NCBI GenBank assembly: GCA_963668175.1
Contig: OY764159.1
Location: forward strand, 288,001 to 352,000
Direction: 5' to 3'
Length of the DNA stretch: 64,000 bases
Source: Syntrophales bacterium
Lineage (GTDB): Bacteria; Desulfobacterota; Syntrophia; Syntrophales; PHBD01
The notes beneath the pieces were generated by a model. It saw only the letters and a list, made by a program, of their open reading frames with translations, was not told the origin of the DNA and searched no databases. Within the stretch, counting starts at the first letter, position 1. The number at the start of each line of letters is the position of its first letter. A program made the translations under genes and the position numbers. Positions 49,080 to 58,447 of the stretch are shown in pieces.

Positions 49080-51095
49080 TCACTCGCCGGTGCTGAAAGA
49101 TACGACACACGATCTGTTTTCTCCAATGGGAGTCCCGGGCGCCGGTCTCTGACTTACGGCCCAGCCACTTCCGTTGACGGTTAATGCAATGCCCTGTGCG
49201 GTGGCTTTTTTCAAAGCTGCCCGAACAGTCTGACCGCGGAAATTGGGCATCAGCGTCTCGTCATCCTCCGCGTTGCCTGGGCCCGCATCGTTCTCAATGA
49301 CGCTCTCCTGAGTCGATACCAGTCTCACCTTCACACCGCTGTTGATTTTTTCGTCTTCGCGCAGAGGAAGAGGTTTGGTCCTGATATTCGTCTTGAAGCA
49401 GGTAAGAATCTGTTCCCCGATGTTCTTAAAGACCGGGGCCGCCGCTAATCCGCCCCATTTATCGACCTGCGGTTCGTCGAGGATGACCAGCATAGCCACC
49501 TGGGGCTCTTCGGCGGGGAAAAAGCCCATAAAGGAGGTACGCACTCTTTCGTTCGAATAGACGTGTTTACGGAAATCGAATTTCTGCGACGTTCCCGTTT
49601 TCCCGGCCACGGCAACGTTCACAATCTTCGCATTCTTTCCGGTTCCGTCGGGGTCGCCGACAACGCCGGTCATGATGGAAGTCAGCTTCCGGGCTGTCTC
49701 GGGCGATATCACCTTCCTTACGGCAGTGGGCGACGTCGTTTGAACCATGGTACCTTTGTTGTCCATAAGCCCCTTTACGATATAAGGCTTCATCAAAACG
49801 CCGTGATTAGCGATTGCCGACAGCGCCGTCACCAGTTGTACGGCCGTTACGGAGATGCCTTGCCCGAAAGCGATGGTTGCCGTATCGACCTTGGACCATT
49901 TCTTGACCGGGCGGAGAAGACCGGACGATTCTCCCGGAAGTTCTATTCCCGTTTTTAGACCGAAACCGAATCTTGCAATATAATCGTAGAATTTATCTTT
50001 CCCCAACCTTTCGGAAATTTTCACACAACCGATGTTGCTGGAATATTTGACAATGTCCTTAACGGCGAGCGTCCCGTGCCTTTGTCTGTTCGCTTCGTGT
50101 ATGACCCGGTCGGCGACCTTGTATTGACCGTTTTCGCAATTGAAACGGCTATTCACATTAACAATCGACTCTTCCAGGGCGGCCGCAACGAGAAAGGGCT
50201 TAAAGGTCGATCCCGGATCAAAACAATCGGCGATGGCCTTGTTCTTGCCCTTGTCAGGACTGTCTTTCGACTTATTCGGATTGTAGCTGGGCTCGTTGGC
50301 AAGGGCCAGGATTTCACCGGTCTTAGGATCCATTACGATGGCAAAGCCGCCTTTGGCGCTTTTGGCCCGGACGGCTTCCTTGAGCTTCGATTCGACAAGG
50401 TACTGAATGCGGCTGTCGATCGTGAGAACCAGGCTATGGCTTTCATCCTTCTTGACATTCGTTTTATCGGCACGTGGATACAGTTTATTGCCCTTGGCAT
50501 CCCTTGCCCAGACCAGATTTTCGGAAGTACCTTTCAAATCGTTATCGTAGCGCAATTCGAGTCCGTCGAGACCTTTTGAATCAAGGCCGACGAAACCGAG
50601 CAACGATCCCGCCAGTTCGCCGTTGGGATAAAATCGCTTCGGTTCCTTGACCAGGAAAATACCGTCCAGATTGAGATTTTCAATCGCGTTCGCCTGATCA
50701 GGCGTGACTTTCCGGGCAATCCAGCTGAAGCGCTTTCCGTCGGAGAGTTTTTTGGCAACGGTGGCCCGATCGATCATGAGAATGGAGGACAGCTTGGAAA
50801 CCGCGGCGTTGCGGTCTTCTATCTTCGATGGGTCCGCACAGACGGAATCGGCCATGATGCTGACGGCCAGTTTTTCTCCGTTGCGATCGAAAATAACGCC
50901 GCGTTCCGGCTGAAGTTGGATGGAGCGCGTATGCTGTTTATTGGCCAGGGTTTTCAGGGCATCGCCGGACAGCACCTGGAGCTGCATGGCCCGGGAAATC
51001 AAGGCGACGAAGAGAACGACAAAGAACAGCAAAAGGCTTCCCAGCCTTATCTTCAACCATTTTTCCGGATCTCTGTTCTTCGCGGTTTTTTTCAT
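49080..51095 (-). CDS. ftsI: Penicillin-binding protein FtsI with C-terminal PASTA domain
   Basis: STFK, SSN and KTGT transpeptidase motifs; C-terminal MPNFRG...SQRPAPG PASTA-like segment. Confidence 0.95.
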   Translation of the reverse strand: MKKTAKNRDPEKWLKIRLGSLLLFFVVLFVALISRAMQLQVLSGDALKTLANKQHTRSIQLQPERGVIFDRNGEKLAVSIMADSVCADPSKIEDRNAAVSKLSSILMIDRATVAKKLSDGKRFSWIARKVTPDQANAIENLNLDGIFLVKEPKRFYPNGELAGSLLGFVGLDSKGLDGLELRYDNDLKGTSENLVWARDAKGNKLYPRADKTNVKKDESHSLVLTIDSRIQYLVESKLKEAVRAKSAKGGFAIVMDPKTGEILALANEPSYNPNKSKDSPDKGKNKAIADCFDPGSTFKPFLVAAALEESIVNVNSRFNCENGQYKVADRVIHEANRQRHGTLAVKDIVKYSSNIGCVKISERLGKDKFYDYIARFGFGLKTGIELPGESSGLLRPVKKWSKVDTATIAFGQGISVTAVQLVTALSAIANHGVLMKPYIVKGLMDNKGTMVQTTSPTAVRKVISPETARKLTSIMTGVVGDPDGTGKNAKIVNVAVAGKTGTSQKFDFRKHVYSNERVRTSFMGFFPAEEPQVAMLVILDEPQVDKWGGLAAAPVFKNIGEQILTCFKTNIRTKPLPLREDEKINSGVKVRLVSTQESVIENDAGPGNAEDDETLMPNFRGQTVRAALKKATAQGIALTVNGSGWAVSQRPAPGTPIGENRSCVVSFSTGE

Positions 51096-51415
51096 TTCTT
51101 TATCGCTATAACCTGTTCCCTGTCGGGATACGTCATCTGCAGATTATTTCTTGCTATGCTCTCGATGCGCCGGGGAGATTTGAGGGTGGCATGCTCAAGT
51201 TTCAGTTTTCTCTGTTCTTCCAGCAATGCCTCTTTCTTGCTGATTTCCGCGGCAATTCTGTATTCCATCTGGGTCATGTGAATATGGGACCAGACATAGG
51301 CCAGGGCAAGAATCATCAGGACGAACGCGACGACGATGAGCGTTGAGAGCTTCAAACCGCTCAAGGCCCGCCTGCCGTCGAAAATCCCTTCTCTGATCGT
51401 CTCCACCAGGGCCAT
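51092..51415 (-). CDS. ftsL: Cell division protein FtsL
   Basis: TM plus coiled coil, SPRRIESIA; lies between rsmH and ftsI. Confidence 0.88.
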   Translation of the reverse strand: MALVETIREGIFDGRRALSGLKLSTLIVVAFVLMILALAYVWSHIHMTQMEYRIAAEISKKEALLEEQRKLKLEHATLKSPRRIESIARNNLQMTYPDREQVIAIKK

Positions 51416-51418
51416 CGT

Positions 51419-52354
51419 TTATACTCTCTCCGCCGTTCTTAAACGGGCACTTCTCGACCGCGGATTCAATCGCGCCTCCTCCTCGCCGGGCTTTGCTGCT
51501 CGTTTCGCCACCAGCCTGAGGGACGGTTTCTTATGACAGACACATACGGGAAGATTCGGCGGACAGTGACACCCTGCCGCCTCATCGCGAAACATGTTCT
51601 TAACAATCCTGTCCTCCAGAGAATGGAAGGAAATTACGGAAATCCTGCCACCCGTACGGAGGGTCCCGATCGCATCCGGAAGGACCTTCTGCAAATTCGC
51701 AAGTTCGTCGTTCACGGCGATACGCAAGGCCTGAAAAGTTCTTGTCGCCGGATGGATGCTCTTTTTTCCTCCACGGCCGGATACGGCGGCGGCAACAACC
51801 GATGCCAGTTCCGCCGTCGTCTCGATGGAAGCGATACCTCGTCTTTTCACTATGGCCCTCGCAATCCTGGCCGCCATCGCTTCCTCGCCGTACGTTCTGA
51901 TGATATTCGCCAATTCCCTTTCAGGCAGAGTGTTGACAAGATCATGTGCGTCAAGTCCGCCTTTGCGATCCATTCTCATGTCCAGGCGGCCGCTTCGGGC
52001 TATTCCGAATCCTCTCTCAGGGTCATCCAACTGATGCGAAGAAACGCCTAAATCGAGCAGGAACCCGTCAATCTCGTCAATCCCCAAGTCTCCCAAAATG
52101 GAGACGATATCGGCAAAATTCCCCCTGACGAGGATCTTTCTTGCGCCGAATTCCTGCAGTCGTTCCGAGGCCGCCTGCACGGCTTCTTCATCCTTGTCGA
52201 TGCCGACGAGAAGACCTTCCGGATATACTCTTTTCAGTATCTCGTATGCGTGACCGCCACCTCCCACTGTACCGTCAACATAGATGCCTCCCTTTTTACA
52301 GGCGAGAGAGGCTATCGTTTCCTCCAGCATGACCGGTTGATGATATCCGTCCAT
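51419..52354 (-). CDS. rsmH: 16S rRNA m4C1402 methyltransferase
   Basis: HQPVM, DGTVGGGGH, DLGVSS, FQALRIAVN and SFHSLEDR motifs. Confidence 0.97.
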   Translation of the reverse strand: MDGYHQPVMLEETIASLACKKGGIYVDGTVGGGGHAYEILKRVYPEGLLVGIDKDEEAVQAASERLQEFGARKILVRGNFADIVSILGDLGIDEIDGFLLDLGVSSHQLDDPERGFGIARSGRLDMRMDRKGGLDAHDLVNTLPERELANIIRTYGEEAMAARIARAIVKRRGIASIETTAELASVVAAAVSGRGGKKSIHPATRTFQALRIAVNDELANLQKVLPDAIGTLRTGGRISVISFHSLEDRIVKNMFRDEAAGCHCPPNLPVCVCHKKPSLRLVAKRAAKPGEEEARLNPRSRSARLRTAERV

Positions 52355-52358
52355 TCCA

Positions 52359-52805
52359 TCATATTCCCAGATCGGCCATGTATTCGCTGAAATTGGGCAG
52401 GTCTTCTTCCGTCTTCTTCATAGCTTCGGCAAACCGCTCCTTGTTCCATATCTCGATGACCCTGATCATACCTGCCAGAACGACTTCCTTATCTATCTGA
52501 GCATATTCCCGCAGATTGGGAGGAACCAGAATCCTCCCCTGGCTGTCCAGGGTACAATCGACGGCACCGGACATGAAGAAACGCTGAAAGGCCCGGACTT
52601 CCTTTTTCAAAATCGATTGATGAGACACCTTCGCTTCGATAATCTGCCATTCGTCATAGGGAAAGACCATGAGATAACCGTCCCAGGTCGTAATGACCAT
52701 GCGATTATCCTTCTTTTCGGCAAATACATCCCGCAGCCGGGAAGGCAGTGTAATCCTTCCCTTATCATCAAGACTGTGGTAATATTGACCTCTGAAAACA
52801 GACAA
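52359..52805 (-). CDS. mraZ: Division/cell wall cluster repressor MraZ
   Basis: FRG.Y.HSLDDKGR, DSQGR and IEIW motifs; TTG start after a GGAGG RBS. Confidence 0.95.
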   Translation of the reverse strand: MSVFRGQYYHSLDDKGRITLPSRLRDVFAEKKDNRMVITTWDGYLMVFPYDEWQIIEAKVSHQSILKKEVRAFQRFFMSGAVDCTLDSQGRILVPPNLREYAQIDKEVVLAGMIRVIEIWNKERFAEAMKKTEEDLPNFSEYMADLGI

Positions 52806-52814
52806 TTCTATCCC

Positions 52815-52876
52815 TCCACAATGACCCACTTTGACCCACGTTGTCCGACTATAAAGGCGGCCTTTGGGTTTGTCAA
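52815..52876 (-). promoter_or_regulatory. dcw promoter with MraZ-binding direct repeats
   Basis: TTGACA, 17 nt, TATAGT, followed by GTCGG/GTGGG/GTGGG/GTGGA repeats at 10-bp period. Confidence 0.85.
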
Positions 52877-53010
52877 GCAAAAATTGTGGTGTTTTCCTTG
52901 CAATTTGACGTCTTAGGAATACTTTTCCCACCGGACAGCTTTCCCGTCGAATCCGCTATTACGAAATCCCGATGTCATACCCGGGGCAGGAATTCTAACC
53001 GGCGGCGATA

Positions 53011-54018
53011 TCACCTGGCATGTTGATAATAATGGATGGCATTCTGGTGGGAACGGAAGGACGACGAGAAGAGATGAGAACCGTTTCTATTGGAGACGAA
53101 GTAAAGATAGTCGACCGAGGCAGGAAACAGGGCGGCGCGGATGGAATCGATCCCCGGATTCGCGATCGGACCGGGAGGAAGCCCATCAATAATATAAGTA
53201 TTGTATGGGGATTGTCTTTTCAGGTGCCCTTTCTTGACGGCGCCGTTGAAGTCGCTCAGGTCATAAACCGCCGTGGGGTCGCTCTGCAACTTCATGCCTT
53301 GTCTCAGGCGGTTATGAAACACGGCGGCAATCAGATTCTTTTCATCCTTGAAACCGGATTCCTTGCCGATCAGCGAGGCCAGGGTAACCACTTTTTCCGT
53401 CGTCCATCCCAGTTCTTCGGTTCTTTTTCGCAAGTCGGGCGTATAAGACTTCCAGAATTGGTTGACCATCACCTTGATGATCTCCCTTGCCCCCATCGAA
53501 CGGGTGAAATTATACGTATTCGGGAACATAAATCCCTCAACGGAAGCGGACCGGACATTTAAGGATTGGAGGAATGCCTTGTCCCGCGTCAGCGCGTAAA
53601 ATTCCTTTTCGTCGATGAGCTTGTTGGCGGACAGGCGGGCGGCAATTTCCCGGATCGTTAAGTCCTCCGGGATGGTCACTTTATATGCCTTCACAAGGCC
53701 CTTCACGAGTTTATCGATAATCTCCGCCGGTGTCATGGCCGTCGTGAATTCATACTCGCCGGCATGGATATGTTTATGGGCCTTTTTGAAAACGGCTAAT
53801 CCGGAGAAGAACACCTTGTTCTTAATAAGGCCCGCGTTATCGAGAATCTGGACAATCTGCCGGAATCCGGAACCGATGGGAATTTCTACCGTTACGGTCG
53901 TCTGCTGATCGTCCACGGGACTTGTCGCATACACGATAAACAGAAATCCGGCGATCAGGATGCCCGCCAGGATACAAAAACTGAGGATTTTCAGTTTCTT
54001 GACCAACCGCTTCTTCAT
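53011..54018 (-). CDS. mltG: Endolytic transglycosylase MltG
   Basis: N-terminal TM; EGFMFPNTY, LASLIGKE, LQSDPT, SPYNTY and GLPPGPIANPG motifs. Confidence 0.95.
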   Translation of the reverse strand: MKKRLVKKLKILSFCILAGILIAGFLFIVYATSPVDDQQTTVTVEIPIGSGFRQIVQILDNAGLIKNKVFFSGLAVFKKAHKHIHAGEYEFTTAMTPAEIIDKLVKGLVKAYKVTIPEDLTIREIAARLSANKLIDEKEFYALTRDKAFLQSLNVRSASVEGFMFPNTYNFTRSMGAREIIKVMVNQFWKSYTPDLRKRTEELGWTTEKVVTLASLIGKESGFKDEKNLIAAVFHNRLRQGMKLQSDPTAVYDLSDFNGAVKKGHLKRQSPYNTYIIDGLPPGPIANPGIDSIRAALFPASVDYLYFVSNRNGSHLFSSSFRSHQNAIHYYQHAR

Positions 54019-54470
54019 GCGTCACCCGCATCCGTTGGCGTGCTCGATGTCTCTTCCCGATTCCGCAGTGAATCCAGGTAAGCCTGGAGGATGATGCCGG
54101 CGGCCAGCTTATCGACCAGGAGTTTCCGCTTTTCCCTCCGCACGTTTGCCTGGATGAGAATGGACTCCGCCTCCTTGGTCGTCAGGGTTTCATCCTGAAA
54201 TACTACGGGAATGGACAAAGCCGCCTTCAACCGTCCGGCAAAACGTTTAACTTTTTCACACTGGATGCCCTCTTCACCGTTCAGGCGGATGGGGTAGCCG
54301 ATGACGATCTTCTCCGCACCGGTTTCGCGGGCGATTTTTCCGATGCGCTCCACGTCATGGGCTGCATTTTTACGCTGAACGGTCTCCAGCCCCTGAGCGG
54401 TCAGTCCCAGCTCATCGCTTACGGCAACCCCGATCCTTTTTTCCCCGTAATCCAATCCGAGTATTCTCAT
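54015..54470 (-). CDS. ruvX: YqgF/RuvX pre-16S rRNA nuclease
   Basis: LGLDYGEKRIGVAVSD, DETLTT and DKLAA..ILQ.YLD motifs. Confidence 0.93.
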   Translation of the reverse strand: MRILGLDYGEKRIGVAVSDELGLTAQGLETVQRKNAAHDVERIGKIARETGAEKIVIGYPIRLNGEEGIQCEKVKRFAGRLKAALSIPVVFQDETLTTKEAESILIQANVRREKRKLLVDKLAAGIILQAYLDSLRNREETSSTPTDAGDA

Positions 54471-54606
54471 AACATCACCGATATCAAGGACCTGTTCCTT
54501 AACAGCCCGCCCCGCCATTTTCAATAGATATTTCGGGATGACCTTTCTGCCGCCGCTCGAACGTTCTTCTTTGCAACCGTATCAATGCGTGATGACGCGA
54601 CCGGAG

Positions 54607-54641
54607 AAAAAAAGGCCATGACCGGGAAGGTCATGGCCTTT
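54607..54641 (-). terminator. Intrinsic terminator of the beta-oxidation operon
   Basis: AAAGGCCATGACC / GGTCATGGCCTTT perfect inverted repeat with a poly-T tail on the minus strand. Confidence 0.85.
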
Positions 54642-54662
54642 CTATCGACAACGATTAAAATG

Positions 54663-55850
54663 TTACAGCATTTCGAAGATGCCCGCAGCGCCCATTCCGC
54701 CGGCGATGCACATCGACACCATGCCGCGTTTGGCCTTGCGGCGTTTCATTTCATAGAGAAGCTGGGCAGTGAGTTTGCCGCCGCTGGCTCCCAGGGGATG
54801 CCCCAGGGCGATGGCGCCGCCGTTGGGATTAATATCGGCCATCCTGTCCTCGATCCCGATTTTGCGGATCGAATAGAGGGCCTGGGAAGCAAAGGCTTCA
54901 TTGATTTCAAAAACATCGATGTCCTTGGACGTTAAACCCGCCATTTTGAGAACCTTGGGGATCGCATAGGCCGGCCCGATTCCCATCTCTTCGGGCTTGC
55001 AGCCGGCGACGGCATAATGGGTAAGCCTGGCCAGGGGTTTCACTCCGATCTCTTTGGCCTTCTCCGCACTCATCACAAGCGCAAAGGCGGCGCCGTCGGT
55101 CATCTGTGAAGAATTTCCGGCCGTTACGGTTCCACCGGCCTTGAAGGGCGATTTCAATTTGGCAAGGTCCTCCATCGTCGTCGGCCACCGCACACCGTCA
55201 TCCTCGGCAAACACGAATGTCTCGCGGACCCGCTTGCCGTTTTTCAATTTTTTATACTTGTAGGCGGTGATGGGAATGATCTCTTCCTTGAATTTGCCCG
55301 CCTTGATGGCCTCGAAGGCCCTGCGGTTACTTTCCACCGCGAATTTATCCATATCTTCGCGGGAAACGTTATAGTTTGCCGCCACGTTTTCCGCCGTATT
55401 ACCCATGGATATGTAAACATTCGGCATCGAGTCGAATTTCCAGCCGGGATTGGGGCGAAAGATTCCGCCGCCCATGGGAATATGGGACATCGTTTCACAG
55501 CCGCCGGCGATGATGACCTCCGACCAGCCTGCCCTTATTTTTGCCGTGGCATCGGCGATGGCCTGGAGCCCCGACGAACAGAAACGATTGATGACCATGC
55601 CGCAGACCTGCTCCGTTATTCCGGCGCCGACTGCGATGACTTTTCCCAAATTCATTCCCTGCTCGGCCTCCGGAAACGCGCAGCCGGCGATGACATCGTC
55701 GACATCTTCCGGCTTCAGGGCAGGAACCCTTGCCAGGAGACCCTTAACAACCTGAATCCCAATGTCATCCCCCCGGGTTGCCCCCAGACCGCCTCTCTTA
55801 TAACGTCCACCGGGACTTCTCACGGATTCAACGATTACAGCATCACTCAT
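54663..55850 (-). CDS. fadA: Acetyl-CoA C-acyltransferase (3-ketoacyl-CoA thiolase)
   Basis: NRFCSSG, NEAF, GHPLG and MCIAGGMG motifs. Confidence 0.93.
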   Translation of the reverse strand: MSDAVIVESVRSPGGRYKRGGLGATRGDDIGIQVVKGLLARVPALKPEDVDDVIAGCAFPEAEQGMNLGKVIAVGAGITEQVCGMVINRFCSSGLQAIADATAKIRAGWSEVIIAGGCETMSHIPMGGGIFRPNPGWKFDSMPNVYISMGNTAENVAANYNVSREDMDKFAVESNRRAFEAIKAGKFKEEIIPITAYKYKKLKNGKRVRETFVFAEDDGVRWPTTMEDLAKLKSPFKAGGTVTAGNSSQMTDGAAFALVMSAEKAKEIGVKPLARLTHYAVAGCKPEEMGIGPAYAIPKVLKMAGLTSKDIDVFEINEAFASQALYSIRKIGIEDRMADINPNGGAIALGHPLGASGGKLTAQLLYEMKRRKAKRGMVSMCIAGGMGAAGIFEML

Positions 55851-55941
55851 GGTTTTCCTCCTTCTTATGGATACAGTCAGTACGTTTCGGCCCGGTCTTA
55901 AATCTTCCCAAGGAAACGGGCCGTCCACTGAAAGAATAGGG

Positions 55942-58362
55942 TTAATTGCGTAAAGGCTTACCTGTATTCAGCATATGCATGATCCTGTCCTGGGTCTTCG
56001 TCTCACCGCAGAGGCTGAGGAACGCCTCTCTCTCCAGATCCAGAAGTTCCTGTTCCGCAACCAGCGTTCCTTCCGGGCATTCGCCGCCGGAAAGGATGTA
56101 AGCAACTTTGCGACCGATAAAACAATCATATTCGGAAGCGAATTTCCCATGCTTCATGTTGTAAAGAATCGCTTCGGCCATACCCATGAAGTTTTCACCC
56201 ATGACGGGGATCAGGACCTTTTTCGGGGGTTTATAGGACAGGGCCAGTCCAAGAACAAGCTGCTTGGCATCCCAGAGTTGCTGATCCCGGTTTAGGCTTA
56301 TCCTTTCCGTCTTGCGGATGTATCCCAGTTCCATGGCCTCGGCGGCGCTGGTGGCGACTTTCGCCGTGGCGATATTCTCGAAGGCCTTGGCGTAGAACGT
56401 CTGCAGATTCAATCCCGCTGCAATGAGTCCGTCGGGAATGCCTTCCGTCATGCGCACCGCCATCTCCTTGCACCCTCCACCGGCGGGAATGACGCCGACG
56501 CCGACCTCGACAAGGCCGATATAGGTCTCGCCGCATGGCTGGCAGCGGGCTCCGTGCATGGCCATTTCGCAGCCTCCCCCCAACGCCAGGCCGGCCGGAG
56601 CGGTAACGACCGGTTTCGAGAGGTATTTCATCCTCATATTGGCGTTCTGGAATCCCTGGGTCAGCTGTTCGAGGACATCCCAGTCTCCCTTCTGGCAGGC
56701 CATCAGGACTTTAAAGATATTGGCGCCGGCCGAGAAATTCGACGCATGATTGCCGACAACCATGCCGACGAAGTCCTTTTCGACGATGTCGCAGCTGTCG
56801 AACAGCATCTGGACCATGCCGTCATCGACCGCATTCATCTTCGTATGGAATTCGAGGCAGGCGACACCGTCGCCGATATCGATGAGGCTGGCGCTCTGGT
56901 TCTTCTTGACAACCTTGTTTCTCTCCTTCAGTGAAGGCAGGAGGATGATCCGGGGATTCTCACCCAGTTTCACATAACCCTTGGTCTCGAAATCGTAATA
57001 ATACAGTCCGTCTTCCTTCTTCGCATAGAAGGAGTCGAAACCTTTCTTCAGCATTTCCTCGACCTTCTTCGGCACCTTCTTCTTCAGCTTTTTCATGACA
57101 TCGACGACCGCCTTGACGCCGATGGCATCCCAGGTCTCGAACGGGCCAAGCTGATGGTTGTAGCCCCATTTCATGGCATTGTCGATGCCGACGATATTGT
57201 CGCAGATCTCGGGTACACGGTTGGCCGCGTAGATGAAATTGTTGCAGAGATATTCCCGGACATAATCCGAAGCGGCATCCGTGCCGAAAAAGAGGGTTTT
57301 CGCCATGGCGGCGACGCCGTCGTCGCTCTTTTTCTTGGCCAGGGAGACCGATTCAAATTTAGGTTTCGTCGTCGGAGCATATTCCAGGGTGTTATAATCG
57401 ATGGCCGTCTTGACGCTCTTGCCTTTAGCGTCTTTCGTCTTCTTATAGAAACCCTGTTTCGTCTTGTTGCCCAGCCACTTCTTCTCAATCATCTTGTTCA
57501 TGAAGTCGAGCGGGATGAACGTGTCGCGGGACTCGTCGTCGGGAACTGCATCGTACAGATTTTTCATAACGTGATGCCCGGTATCGAGCCCTACAAGATC
57601 GAGGGTGCCGAAGATGGCCGTCCCCGGCCTGCCGACCGCCTTGCCGATAATGGCATCCACGGCCTCGACGGACAGGTTCTTCTCCACCATGAGCCGGATG
57701 GCGTTGGCGATATCGAAAACGCCAATACGATTGCCGATAAAGTTGGGAACGTCCTTGCAGATAACCACGCCCTTACCGAGAACGCGTTCACAAAAGTCCA
57801 CCATGAAATCGACGACGTCCTTCTTGGTCTCTTTACCGGGAATGATTTCAAGGAGTTTCATATAACGGGGCGGATTGAAAAAATGCGTCCCCAGGAAACG
57901 GTCTTTCAGTTTCTTGCCGAAATTCGCCGAAATGTCCGATATGGGAATACCGGATGTATTGGTAGAGACGATACAGGTCGGCTTCACGATCTTTTCGACC
58001 TTGGCGAAAAGCTCCTGTTTGATCTTCAGATTCTCGATGACGACCTCGCATATCCAGTCGACATCCGCGAGCCAGTTCAAGTTGTCCTCGAAGTTGCCGA
58101 TCGTGATCATCGAGGCGTTTTTCTTCGTATAGAAACTCGCCGGCTTGGATTTTGTCACCCCGGCCAACCCATTGGCGGCAAAACGGTTCCGCCACGCCGG
58201 GCTCTTCTCCGTCAAACCCTTCTTTTTGTCATCCTCAGTAAGCTCGAAGGGAATGATATCAAGCAGATAGCACTCGATTCCCGCATTGGTCAAATGTGCG
58301 GCAATCGTGGCACCCATGACGCCCGCGCCTAAAACAGCTGCTTTTTTTATCTCATACGACAT
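55942..58362 (-). CDS. fadN: 3-hydroxyacyl-CoA dehydrogenase / enoyl-CoA hydratase (FadN-type architecture)
   Basis: N-terminal GAGVMG, STNTSG, HFFNPPRY; C-terminal FSAGAN, GGGCE, GLVEVGVG. Confidence 0.9.
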   Translation of the reverse strand: MSYEIKKAAVLGAGVMGATIAAHLTNAGIECYLLDIIPFELTEDDKKKGLTEKSPAWRNRFAANGLAGVTKSKPASFYTKKNASMITIGNFEDNLNWLADVDWICEVVIENLKIKQELFAKVEKIVKPTCIVSTNTSGIPISDISANFGKKLKDRFLGTHFFNPPRYMKLLEIIPGKETKKDVVDFMVDFCERVLGKGVVICKDVPNFIGNRIGVFDIANAIRLMVEKNLSVEAVDAIIGKAVGRPGTAIFGTLDLVGLDTGHHVMKNLYDAVPDDESRDTFIPLDFMNKMIEKKWLGNKTKQGFYKKTKDAKGKSVKTAIDYNTLEYAPTTKPKFESVSLAKKKSDDGVAAMAKTLFFGTDAASDYVREYLCNNFIYAANRVPEICDNIVGIDNAMKWGYNHQLGPFETWDAIGVKAVVDVMKKLKKKVPKKVEEMLKKGFDSFYAKKEDGLYYYDFETKGYVKLGENPRIILLPSLKERNKVVKKNQSASLIDIGDGVACLEFHTKMNAVDDGMVQMLFDSCDIVEKDFVGMVVGNHASNFSAGANIFKVLMACQKGDWDVLEQLTQGFQNANMRMKYLSKPVVTAPAGLALGGGCEMAMHGARCQPCGETYIGLVEVGVGVIPAGGGCKEMAVRMTEGIPDGLIAAGLNLQTFYAKAFENIATAKVATSAAEAMELGYIRKTERISLNRDQQLWDAKQLVLGLALSYKPPKKVLIPVMGENFMGMAEAILYNMKHGKFASEYDCFIGRKVAYILSGGECPEGTLVAEQELLDLEREAFLSLCGETKTQDRIMHMLNTGKPLRN

Positions 58363-58447
58363 AGTTCTCCTCCTCTTCATTTCTTGTCCGACAGGCACCG
58401 GTCACGCAACTGACGGCGGTATCTGCCGGTCATAGGGTGACAATGCA

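Noticed and set aside
52806..52931. Long N-terminal extension of MraZ in the ORF track
   Set aside because: It overlaps the promoter and MraZ boxes; TTG 52805 with its RBS fits the family length.
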